Shown here: piece by piece, positions 7,244-16,058 of the stretch
How positions within the stretch are numbered: position 1 is the first letter of the stretch
Layout: every line of letters begins with the position of its first letter
Source of the DNA: Eubacteriales bacterium
Lineage (GTDB): Bacteria > Bacillota > Clostridia > Oscillospirales > CAG-272
Direction of reading: 5' to 3'
Length of the DNA stretch: 64,000 nt
Assembly: GCA_051867915.1 (NCBI GenBank)
Contig: JBJDZJ010000191.1
Coordinates: 5,487 to 69,486 of the forward strand
Program-made: the position numbers and the translations under genes
Notes under the pieces: generated by a model
What the model saw: only the letters and a program-made list of their open reading frames with translations
Databases searched by the model: none
What the model was told of the DNA's origin: nothing

Positions 7244-10200
7244 TTGAAAAAGATCGGAAAAAATTGGAAGAATACCGTGCTGGCTCTGGCACTGCTGTTG
7301 GCATTTTCCACGCTGACCGGCAGTGTCGGAAACGCATACAATACAAGCAATAATCTATCAGAGGCGCAGGAACTCTTTCGAAATGTGACGGGGCAAATGG
7401 ATTTTTCGCAGATAATGCAGGAAAATTTCAATGGCTCCGTCCTTTCGACGAGTCAGACCCGGGTGTATGAGCGCAGAACGGTCATCATCAGTCTGACCGG
7501 CGACAGTCTGTCCGATGCGGCAGACGGCGTCAGCGTCTCCGATTATGCCCAAACGGTGGCGGGCCGTGCGGAAACCCTTCGGATTTACGGGGAGCAGGAC
7601 GAGCTTCTGAATACGCTCGCCGATGCCGGAATCGACTACACCCTGAAGTACCGTTATACCGCCGTGGACAATGCGGTCGCCGTTGAAATCAACACCCGAT
7701 ATGTCAGCGAGATCCGGGAAATGGCGGGCGTCAGCAGCGTCGTTATCGCCGGCTCCTTTGCATATCCCAGGTCGGCAGACTCCGACGGTTCCTCGGCTGT
7801 CACCAATGTGACAAAGGTGTACGGAACCGGCGTCTATGACTCTTCCGACGCAGTATCCGACGGTCTGGACGGTTCGGGTATGGTGGTCGCCATCATTGAT
7901 ACCGGTCTGGACTACACCCATGCCGCCTTCAGCCTGATGCCCGACGGTGCCAATTCCGTTCGCTTTACCGAAGCCGATATAGCTGACCTTCTGGCGGATA
8001 ACGATCTTCGCGCCGAGGAGCGTCAGTCCCTTTCCGGAAACCTGCTTTCGGTAGAAGATGTCTATCTGAACGCAAAAGTTCCCTTTGCTTACGACTATGC
8101 CGATAACGATGCCGATGTCTATCCCTCCTACTCCAATCACGGAACCCATGTGGCAGGTATCGTGGCAGGTCACGACTTGAGCGGCTATACCGACAAGGAC
8201 GGCAATCATGTGGACGAAGAGTTCATCGGCGTTGCCCCCGAGGCACAGCTGGTCATCTGCAAGGTATTCACCGATGATCTGGAGGATCCCGATCTCGGCG
8301 GCGCCGTTGCAGAGGATATTCTTGCCGCACTGGAGGACTGTATCCTTCTGGGCGTGGATGTCATCAACATGAGTCTGGGTACCTCCTGCGGCTTTACCAC
8401 CACCAACGACGGCGACGATGAGGGCGAGTACATGAACCGCATCTATACCGCCATCGGCGATCAGGGCATCAATCTGGTCTGCGCCGCAAGCAACGATTAC
8501 AGCTCGGGCTACGGCGGCGTGTTCGGTACCAATCTGGCGTCCAACCCCGATTCGGGTACGGTCGGCTCTCCCGCCACCTTTGCGGCGGCTCTTTCGGTGG
8601 CCTCCATCAGCGGTAAGCAGTCCAGCTATATGCTGGGCAACGGCACCACTGCCGTGTTCTTTGAGGAGTCCAACGACGAGGACGGCAACCCCTTCGATTT
8701 TATCGCCTCCATGCTGGCGCCGGGCGAAACGACGGCGGAATTTGAATATGTCGTGGTTCCGGGCGTGGGCAGAGCATCCGATTATACTTCTGCCATCAAA
8801 CAGCTGTTTGCAGAAAATCCCAACCGCATTGCGCTGGTCAAGCGTGGCGACACCACCTTCAAGGAAAAGGTTGAGGTTGCCAAGAGCATGGGAGCCAAAG
8901 CGATCATCGTTTACAACAATGTCTCGGGTACCATCCGTATGCAGCTGGGCGAAGTGGTGGATCCCATCCCTGCGGTTTCCATTGATATGAATGTCGGAAA
9001 TGCGCTGGTTGAGGCGGCGCTGAATCATACCGCACAGGAGCTTTCCGCAGGAGCGGTCAACCGTGTGGGTACAATTACCATCAACACCTCCTACCTGGCA
9101 GGTCCCTTCATGAGCGAGTTCTCCTCCTGGGGATGCACGCCCGATCTGAAGCTCAAGCCCGAAATCACCGCCCACGGCGGAGAGATTACCTCCACTGTCC
9201 CCGGCGGATACGACGAGCAGAGCGGAACCAGTATGGCAGCCCCCAATATGGCGGGTGTGGTTGCGCTGATCCGCAGCTATGTGAAGACGAACAACCCCGG
9301 TATGACCCCTCAGGAGGTTACCCGCAGGGTCAATCAACTGCTCATGAGTACGGCCACAACGGTCTATGATGAGGACGGCCTGCCCTATTCACCCCGAAAG
9401 CAGGGTGCGGGACTTGGCAGTCTGGATAACAGCCGGACCACCGCCGCCTTCCTCTGGACCGATAATGCCGAGATCGACTACCGTCCCAAGGTGGAACTGG
9501 GGGACGACAAGGAAAAGGTCGGCGTTTACACCGTCAGCTTCAAGGTCACCAACTTCGGCACCCGCAGTCTCTCTTTCAAGCCGCAGTCCATCTTCATGAC
9601 CGAGACGCTGGCCATCGACGGACTGTCGGTAGCCGAGCAGGCATACCTGCTGGACGATGTGTCTGCCGTTTGGAAAATCAACGGAAACGAAATCGTGGAG
9701 GGGTACAGCTTTACCGTTCCTGCCGGGGTCACCACCGATGTGGAACTGACGCTGACGCTTTCCGATGCCGAGAAGAAATACATAGACGATTCCTTTGAAA
9801 ACGGTATGTTCGTCGAAGGTTTTGCCAAGCTGGTCAGCGACAGCGAGGGACAGTGTGATCTGGAACTGCCTTTTATGGGCTTTTACGGCGACTGGTCCCG
9901 GGCGCCCATGCTGGACTACGATGCCTATGAGCTGGCAGAGTATCAGCAGGATTCCTCCATACTTGAGGATGAGAAGCCTCAGGCAAGCGTGTGGGCGACT
10001 CAGCCGTATACCGTTTATTATAATGAAGACTTTGTTCTTCCCATGGGAAGCTATGTCTACCTGCTTCCCGACGATGCCGACCCTGTTTACACCTCGGAAG
10101 ATCACAATGCGCTTTCCTGCTTCAATCAGTTCTTCGGCGAGGATAATGTCGAAAACTACATGACCTCTTATAAAATGAAGGGTCTGTATGCGGGACTGCT

Positions 10201-13200
10201 CCGCAACGCCAGATCGGTGGATTATCAGCTGATCAATGCGGATACAGGTGAGATTCTGGAGAGCGACACCGTCTACCGTGTCAGCAAGGCCTACTCGGGC
10301 GGCGGTTCGGGAAGACCTGCCCTTGTGGATCTGGATCTGGATCCCCTTACCTACGGTCTGGTGTCCAACGGTCATTACACCATGACCTTCGAATTCTTCC
10401 TGGATTATGAGGACGGCAGCTGCACCAAGAATACCTATTCCTTCGACTTTACCATTGACTATGAAGCCCCCATGCTTCAGGATATCCGGGTTCGTTACTA
10501 CGACTACAAGGACGGCAACAAGACAAAACAAAGAATTTATCTGGATCTGGATGTTTACGACAACCACTATACCCAGTCTGTAATGCTCTGCTATCTGGAG
10601 GGCGAAGAGCTGATCCTTGCCACCGATTATGTAACGCCTGTCTACAATTCCAACAAGAACGGCACTACAACGGTTTCCATCGAGATCACCGATCTGTACG
10701 AGAAGTACAAGGACAGCCTGTATGTCGAGATTGATGACTATGCGCTCAATCACAGCGTTTATTGGCTCAATCTGTCTGCCGCAAACCAGGTTTCCGCCTC
10801 CGACGACTTTGAACTGGCTCCCGGTGAGGAGTCGCTGACGCTCGGCGTTTACAATACCCATACCGTCGCTCTTGCCGGAATCGGAGACGCCAATCTGTCC
10901 AACTTCAAATGGTCCTCGGACAACCGCAGTGTAGCCGATGTGAAAAACGGTGAGATTGTCGGTCTTTCCGAGGGAAGTGCAGTCATTACCGTCTCCAACG
11001 GGAAGGGTGTCAGCAGAAGCCTGACCGTGACCGTCACAGGCGGCAGTGCAACCCTGCCTACCCCCTCCATCTCCTTCGGCGTCATCAAGGACGGCGACGG
11101 AACGCTGGTGAAGGCTGCGGGCGTTGTGGAGGTCTACCCCGGAATGGACTTCCGATTGGATGTTGTCACCGATCCGTGGTACTATCCCACCGACAGCCTG
11201 ACGCTGGTCTGGGAATCCACCAATCCCGATGTGGTGACGGTGGATCAGTCGGGTAATGTCACAACCGTTGCCGAGGGAACAGCCGTGATCAAGGCGTCCA
11301 TTGCGGTGGACGGCAAAGTCACCGCATATACCGCCAATGTCACCATGAAGGTAGAGGATCCCTATGTGGTCAGCAACTACTCGCTGATCGAGTATAAGGG
11401 TCCCGGCGGCGTGGTTGTGATCCCCACCGACAAGAACATCATGATGATCGGCGAGGATGCCTTTAAGGATAACGATACCATTACCGAGGTGGTCATTCCG
11501 AAGTCGGTGACCTCCATCGGAACCGGAGCTTTTGAAAACTGTACGGCACTGAAGCGGATCTCCTTTGTGGATACCGAGGAACAGCCCATTGCCGATGCCG
11601 ATATCGGCGTCATCTACGGCAGAGCCTTTGCCGGATGTACCTCTCTTGAACTGCTGGATCTCTCCAATGTTAAGGTGGTTACTCTGGGCAGGGAATGCTT
11701 CTACGGCTGTGAAAATCTTCGTGAGATCCGGAAGATGACCAAGATCGGTACCATCGGCGCCTATGCTTTCGCCGGATGTACCTCTCTGACTTCGCTGGAT
11801 CTGTCCGAACTTCATGTGGCGGGAACCGGAGCCTTTGCCGGATGTACCGCTCTGACCGATGTGAAGACCGGCTGGTTCACCGCCATCGGAAATTCCATGT
11901 TCAGCGGATGCACCGGACTTCGCAGTGTGACGCTTTCGGCAGAATCCGTGGGAAGCCGTGCGTTCAGCTGCTGTACCGGACTTCGCAGTGTGACCGTCGC
12001 CCTTCCCGAGGGCGAGAGCGAGTTCACCTTCTACATCGGAGATCGGGCGTTTGAAGGCTGTACTGCCCTTCAGACCTTCACTGTGAACAGCGGATGCAGA
12101 ATCGCCTCCATCGGTAACTATGCCTTCGCCTCTACGGCGCTGACCTCCTTTACAATCCCCGAGGGACTGACCACGCTCGGCGTGAATATCCTGTCGGGCT
12201 CCAAGGTGACCGAAATTACCGTCGGCGACAGCTTTGATTTCGAAAATCTGAAGCTGCTCGGCACCCCCTTCTACCACATTAGTATCAAGCTCGCATCCGG
12301 AACCACCCGCTATGTCATCGAAAACGGCGTGCTGTACAACCGGAGTAAGACCACTCTTCTGATGGTTCTGCCCGGCACCACCCGTGTGACAATCCCCGAC
12401 AGCGTGACTGCCATTGCCGATTATGCTTTTGCAGGAAGTTCTGTGACTTCGCTGACCGTTCCCGCTTCGGTGCGGACCATCGGAGCAGGCGCCTTCATGA
12501 ACAGCAAGCTGGCGACCGTCACCTTCGAAGGCTCGGGTATCACCGCCATTGCCGAAAACACCTTCGCCAACTCCAAGCTGATCCGGATTACCGTCCCCGC
12601 AGGGGTTACGGTCATCGGGGACAGCGCCTTTGAGGGAACGCCCCTGACATCGGTGGATTTTGCGGGAACCTCGCTTCGGACCCTGGGCAATCGGGTCTTC
12701 GCCGACTGCGTCGAGCTGAAGTCCGTGGTTCTGCCCGACGGCATCACAACCATGGGGGACGGAACCTTCTCGGGATGCTCTGCATTGAAGAGCGCAACCC
12801 TGCCCTCGGTAAAGACGCTGGGCAGTCAGACCTTCCGTTTCTGCAACGCACTGACGGAGGTGACCTTCGGCGAAAATGCCGTCACCGTGGGAAGTTATAC
12901 CTTCTACGAGAATACCTCCCTGAAATCGGTTCACCTGAGCGACAGTATCACCGAAATCGGCGCGTACGCCTTTGTGGGATGTACCTCCCTGGAAGAAATC
13001 GACCTGAACAAGGTCACGGTCCTGAATCCTTACGCCTTTGCCGAGTGTTCCAATCTGAAGAGCGTTGTCGGTCTTGACCGCATTGTCACCGTCGGCGATA
13101 TGGCCTTCTATAACTGCAACGGGCTGACCGATCTGAACCTTCTGTCCGCCGAGGTGATCGGCGACGGAGCATTCGCAATCGAAAACGGCCAATCGGCCTA

Positions 13201-16027
13201 TACCTCCCTGTCGATTCCTGCGGCAAAGCAGATCGGCATCATGGCCTTCATCGGCGGCGGGGAAGCTACCGTGACCCTTCCGCAGGGGCTTACCTCTGTC
13301 GGATACGGCGCATTTGCGGATTCCGTGAATCTGACCGACTTCACGGTAGAGGAAGGAAATTCCGTCTTCTTTGCCGTTGACGGCGTTCTGTACCGCAGGC
13401 TTCCCAACGGTCAGTACGAGCTGACCGCATATCCCGGAGGAAAGATTGCGGAGCAGGGAAGCTACACCGTCATCGACGGCACCGCCGTTATCGCAGGATT
13501 CGCCGTAAGCGGTCTGAAGAGCGATGCCATGACCGAGGTTGTCCTGCCCTACTCGCTGAAGCTTATCGGAATTTCTGCCTTCGCCGACAGCGGAGTGACC
13601 AAATATACCTTTAACTGCATCCAGGCTCCTACACTGGCGACGGTTTACCGCGATGATGTGGAAACTTTGCTGGAAGAGAACGCAACCGGTACTCAGATTG
13701 CGATTAACGGTCTTTACTATGCCAACTTCGACACCCTGATGGCAAGCTATACCGACATTGTGGGCGAGACCAGTTCGCTTGTGATCTGCTATCCCGAAAA
13801 CGGCGTCGGCTACGACAATTATGTCTACCGCACCTATTTCGGAAAGTATGAGTCACTGGGCGTGCTGATGGACGATGTGACCCGCTCCGCTATCGAGGCC
13901 ATCGAGGCGCTGGAGTCTGCGGACACCGTCAAGGGCTGGTCGTCGCTGGAAGTCAACGACACCAACAAGGCACTGATTTCCGCCTTCGCCGACAAGGTTA
14001 AGGAAGCCCGCCGTCTGTACAACAACATCCTGACCGACGATCAGCGCGCCTTCGTATCCGATGAGCAGCTGACAAAGCTGACCGAAATCGAAGGTCTGAT
14101 GCGCTCCCTCAAGGAGAAATTCGGCATCCCGCTGATTATCAGCTCGCTGACCTACAATCAGGATTATATCAAGGATTACAAAGAGGGCGACAGCTTCTCC
14201 ATGGAGGGTCTGATTCTGACCGTCGTCTATGATGACGGCTCCACCGAGCCTGCCGATCTTGCCAATCTGATCCTGAAGACCCCCTCCGACGGCATTCTGA
14301 CTCAGTACGACCTGTTTGTGGTCTTTGATTACAGCTACGGAGACGGCATGACCAGAGAGGTTCAGATTCCCGTCACCGTCAAGGCGACCGGATCCTCTTC
14401 TCCTTCCGTTACCCCCGAAGAACCCGGAGATTCCGACGAGGATGAAAAATCCCCCGTCCTCCTGATCGTTCTGCTGGCAGGCGGCGGTGTGCTGGTATGC
14501 GCAGGCATCGTCCTTGTCATTCTGCTGATTGTAAAAAAGAAGGGCTCCGGAAAGGGCCCGGATCCCGATAAAAACGGGGCTTCCCCCGCCGGGGAAGGTG
14601 CATCCGGTGAATCGGACGGTTCGCTGAGTGCTTCACCCGTACCCAACGGAAGCGGTTCGGAAAGTCCCGATGAAGAGGGCAATCCCTCCGGAAACGGGGA
14701 CAATGCCCCCGAAAAGGAAGAGTTTGGTCCCGACCGTCAGGGGGATTCCGACATTCCCAAAAGACACCGTGCCGGTGCAATCGTCAAATGGACGGTCTTC
14801 GGCGTTGCCGTTGCCGCAGTGATCGGAGGAATTGTCTACTCGGCGGTGACCGGCGGAAATAAGGATGAATCCAAGCTGTCAGAAGTGCAGGCGCAGATCA
14901 TTTACAAGGCCAACGGCGGTCTGTTCGAGAACAACATGGACGAAAAGACCATCGGTTACAAGGACGGCGCCTATCCTCTGGACATCGGTCATGTTACCGT
15001 GACCAACGGCAGTATTGCCATCAAGCGTCAGAGTTATCTGTTTGGCGGTTGGTATTATCCCGCACTGGACGAAAACGGCAACATCCTCTATGAGGATGAG
15101 GCAAAGGGCATCGTCAAGCTCGGTGAGGCCTTCGACTTCACAAAGAAGATGACCGAAGGACAGGAGATTACCCTGTATGCCGGCTGGATCAAGGATAAAA
15201 CCCTGACCGTTCTGTTGGCAGGCGATTCCATCGTGGATAAAGACGGCGTTCAGTACAACGCCGGAGATGTCATCCGCGAACTGTCTGCCAATCCCCAGGG
15301 ACAGTTTGATAAGTATACCGGCTCCAATCTTCTGAGTCTGCCGTCCAAACAGTATACCTTTGTTCAGTACTATACCGATGCCGAGTGTACCGTCCCCGTA
15401 ACATGGCCTATCGTCACCGAAGACGGTGTGGATGCCGATCCGATCTATGCCAAATTTATCGAGGGAGACTGGAAGATCGTTTCCGATGCCGACTCGGCAA
15501 AGAAGATGCTGGAGGCGTTGATCAGCGGCAACTACTATCTGATCTGCGATGTGGATCTGGGCGGTGCTGCCGTTACCATCTCCAATAACGCCACCTTCGG
15601 CGCAAAAGTGGAGGGCAACGGATATACCCTGTCGGGCTTCAGCGTGACCAAGCGTGCAGTGGAGAGTCAGGGTACCTCCCTGTTCGGCACCCTGAAGGAG
15701 AGCGCATCTCTGCACAATCTGACCCTTACCGATGTAACCTTCGAGGTTATGCTCAAGGGTGACGCCAATGCGGTCTATTTCCTGTTCGGCGAAATGCCTG
15801 AAAATCCCGATATCAACGGATTCACGGTCAAGGGAAGCATGACTGTCAGCTGTCCTGCCGGATCATTGATCGGAAATCTTCAGGAGGGAGAGCATTCTCA
15901 CTGGATTCTGTCTGCGGCAGAGAGCGACAGCGCCGCTCTTGCCGACGGGAAGATCACGGTTGAGGTTGTTTGCACTGTGGGAGAGGCAACCTACACCTAT
16001 CCCGAACCGTCTGAATCAGACTCGTAA
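7244..16027 (+). CDS. Giant (2927 aa) cell-envelope subtilisin-like S8 serine protease with PA insert, Fn3-like, Big_2, BspA-type LRR, TM hairpin and a C-terminal Listeria-Bacteroides-repeat/GLUG-type ectodomain
   Basis: TTG start 6 nt after GGGAGGG, and a signal peptide (MKKIGKNWKNTVLALALLLAFSTLTGSVGNA). Catalytic motifs are VVAIIDTG (D219), SNHGTHVAG (H299) and SGTSMAAPNMAG (S663). Later regions are described in the sub-features below. Confidence 0.9.
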   Translation: MKKIGKNWKNTVLALALLLAFSTLTGSVGNAYNTSNNLSEAQELFRNVTGQMDFSQIMQENFNGSVLSTSQTRVYERRTVIISLTGDSLSDAADGVSVSDYAQTVAGRAETLRIYGEQDELLNTLADAGIDYTLKYRYTAVDNAVAVEINTRYVSEIREMAGVSSVVIAGSFAYPRSADSDGSSAVTNVTKVYGTGVYDSSDAVSDGLDGSGMVVAIIDTGLDYTHAAFSLMPDGANSVRFTEADIADLLADNDLRAEERQSLSGNLLSVEDVYLNAKVPFAYDYADNDADVYPSYSNHGTHVAGIVAGHDLSGYTDKDGNHVDEEFIGVAPEAQLVICKVFTDDLEDPDLGGAVAEDILAALEDCILLGVDVINMSLGTSCGFTTTNDGDDEGEYMNRIYTAIGDQGINLVCAASNDYSSGYGGVFGTNLASNPDSGTVGSPATFAAALSVASISGKQSSYMLGNGTTAVFFEESNDEDGNPFDFIASMLAPGETTAEFEYVVVPGVGRASDYTSAIKQLFAENPNRIALVKRGDTTFKEKVEVAKSMGAKAIIVYNNVSGTIRMQLGEVVDPIPAVSIDMNVGNALVEAALNHTAQELSAGAVNRVGTITINTSYLAGPFMSEFSSWGCTPDLKLKPEITAHGGEITSTVPGGYDEQSGTSMAAPNMAGVVALIRSYVKTNNPGMTPQEVTRRVNQLLMSTATTVYDEDGLPYSPRKQGAGLGSLDNSRTTAAFLWTDNAEIDYRPKVELGDDKEKVGVYTVSFKVTNFGTRSLSFKPQSIFMTETLAIDGLSVAEQAYLLDDVSAVWKINGNEIVEGYSFTVPAGVTTDVELTLTLSDAEKKYIDDSFENGMFVEGFAKLVSDSEGQCDLELPFMGFYGDWSRAPMLDYDAYELAEYQQDSSILEDEKPQASVWATQPYTVYYNEDFVLPMGSYVYLLPDDADPVYTSEDHNALSCFNQFFGEDNVENYMTSYKMKGLYAGLLRNARSVDYQLINADTGEILESDTVYRVSKAYSGGGSGRPALVDLDLDPLTYGLVSNGHYTMTFEFFLDYEDGSCTKNTYSFDFTIDYEAPMLQDIRVRYYDYKDGNKTKQRIYLDLDVYDNHYTQSVMLCYLEGEELILATDYVTPVYNSNKNGTTTVSIEITDLYEKYKDSLYVEIDDYALNHSVYWLNLSAANQVSASDDFELAPGEESLTLGVYNTHTVALAGIGDANLSNFKWSSDNRSVADVKNGEIVGLSEGSAVITVSNGKGVSRSLTVTVTGGSATLPTPSISFGVIKDGDGTLVKAAGVVEVYPGMDFRLDVVTDPWYYPTDSLTLVWESTNPDVVTVDQSGNVTTVAEGTAVIKASIAVDGKVTAYTANVTMKVEDPYVVSNYSLIEYKGPGGVVVIPTDKNIMMIGEDAFKDNDTITEVVIPKSVTSIGTGAFENCTALKRISFVDTEEQPIADADIGVIYGRAFAGCTSLELLDLSNVKVVTLGRECFYGCENLREIRKMTKIGTIGAYAFAGCTSLTSLDLSELHVAGTGAFAGCTALTDVKTGWFTAIGNSMFSGCTGLRSVTLSAESVGSRAFSCCTGLRSVTVALPEGESEFTFYIGDRAFEGCTALQTFTVNSGCRIASIGNYAFASTALTSFTIPEGLTTLGVNILSGSKVTEITVGDSFDFENLKLLGTPFYHISIKLASGTTRYVIENGVLYNRSKTTLLMVLPGTTRVTIPDSVTAIADYAFAGSSVTSLTVPASVRTIGAGAFMNSKLATVTFEGSGITAIAENTFANSKLIRITVPAGVTVIGDSAFEGTPLTSVDFAGTSLRTLGNRVFADCVELKSVVLPDGITTMGDGTFSGCSALKSATLPSVKTLGSQTFRFCNALTEVTFGENAVTVGSYTFYENTSLKSVHLSDSITEIGAYAFVGCTSLEEIDLNKVTVLNPYAFAECSNLKSVVGLDRIVTVGDMAFYNCNGLTDLNLLSAEVIGDGAFAIENGQSAYTSLSIPAAKQIGIMAFIGGGEATVTLPQGLTSVGYGAFADSVNLTDFTVEEGNSVFFAVDGVLYRRLPNGQYELTAYPGGKIAEQGSYTVIDGTAVIAGFAVSGLKSDAMTEVVLPYSLKLIGISAFADSGVTKYTFNCIQAPTLATVYRDDVETLLEENATGTQIAINGLYYANFDTLMASYTDIVGETSSLVICYPENGVGYDNYVYRTYFGKYESLGVLMDDVTRSAIEAIEALESADTVKGWSSLEVNDTNKALISAFADKVKEARRLYNNILTDDQRAFVSDEQLTKLTEIEGLMRSLKEKFGIPLIISSLTYNQDYIKDYKEGDSFSMEGLILTVVYDDGSTEPADLANLILKTPSDGILTQYDLFVVFDYSYGDGMTREVQIPVTVKATGSSSPSVTPEEPGDSDEDEKSPVLLIVLLAGGGVLVCAGIVLVILLIVKKKGSGKGPDPDKNGASPAGEGASGESDGSLSASPVPNGSGSESPDEEGNPSGNGDNAPEKEEFGPDRQGDSDIPKRHRAGAIVKWTVFGVAVAAVIGGIVYSAVTGGNKDESKLSEVQAQIIYKANGGLFENNMDEKTIGYKDGAYPLDIGHVTVTNGSIAIKRQSYLFGGWYYPALDENGNILYEDEAKGIVKLGEAFDFTKKMTEGQEITLYAGWIKDKTLTVLLAGDSIVDKDGVQYNAGDVIRELSANPQGQFDKYTGSNLLSLPSKQYTFVQYYTDAECTVPVTWPIVTEDGVDADPIYAKFIEGDWKIVSDADSAKKMLEALISGNYYLICDVDLGGAAVTISNNATFGAKVEGNGYTLSGFSVTKRAVESQGTSLFGTLKESASLHNLTLTDVTFEVMLKGDANAVYFLFGEMPENPDINGFTVKGSMTVSCPAGSLIGNLQEGEHSHWILSAAESDSAALADGKITVEVVCTVGEATYTYPEPSESDS
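7856..9343 (+). other. S8 peptidase catalytic domain with inserted PA (protease-associated) domain
   Basis: Asp codon gat at 7898-7900, His codon cac at 8138-8140, Ser codon agt at 9230-9232. The PA-like insert IALVKRGDTTFKEKVEVAKSMGAKAIIVYNN lies between His and Ser, as in lactocepin/C5a-peptidase-type enzymes. Confidence 0.85.
10795..11350 (+). other. Two Big_2-type bacterial Ig-like domains
   Basis: WSSDNRSVADVKNGEIVGLSEGSAVITVSNGKG and WESTNPDVVTVDQSGNVTTVAEGTAVIKASI are typical Big_2 signatures. Confidence 0.7.
11380..13620 (+). repeat. About 750 aa of BspA-type leucine-rich repeats (protein-level repeat)
   Basis: A reiterated ~23-aa unit, I(G/P)..AF.(G/N)C(T/S).L..(V/I).(L/I)P..(V/L)..IG, is repeated about 30 times (for example IGTGAFENCTALKRISF, IGAYAFAGCTSLTSLDL). 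Confidence 0.8.
14452..14856 (+). other. Membrane hairpin inside the giant protease: TM1, 86-aa low-complexity loop, TM2
   Basis: TM1 is SPVLLIVLLAGGGVLVCAGIVLVILLIV followed by KKKGSGKG. The loop is G/S/P/D/E-rich and ends in KRHRAGAIVKW. TM2 is TVFGVAVAAVIGGIVYSAVTGG. The positive charges flank the loop side of both helices. Confidence 0.7.
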
Positions 16028-16058
16028 CGGAGACTGTTTGTAATAAAGGAGAATTTAC

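Noticed and set aside
9389-13192. 1267-aa ORF on the minus strand, which together with 7358..9337 (659 aa) covers most of the giant protease gene in antisense.
   Set aside because: It is a shadow ORF. The translation is a low-complexity G/D/R/H/V-rich string with no motifs, no RBS and no signal. The plus-strand frame carries a complete S8 catalytic triad plus Big_2 and LRR repeats. GC-rich codon usage suppresses stops in the antisense frame.
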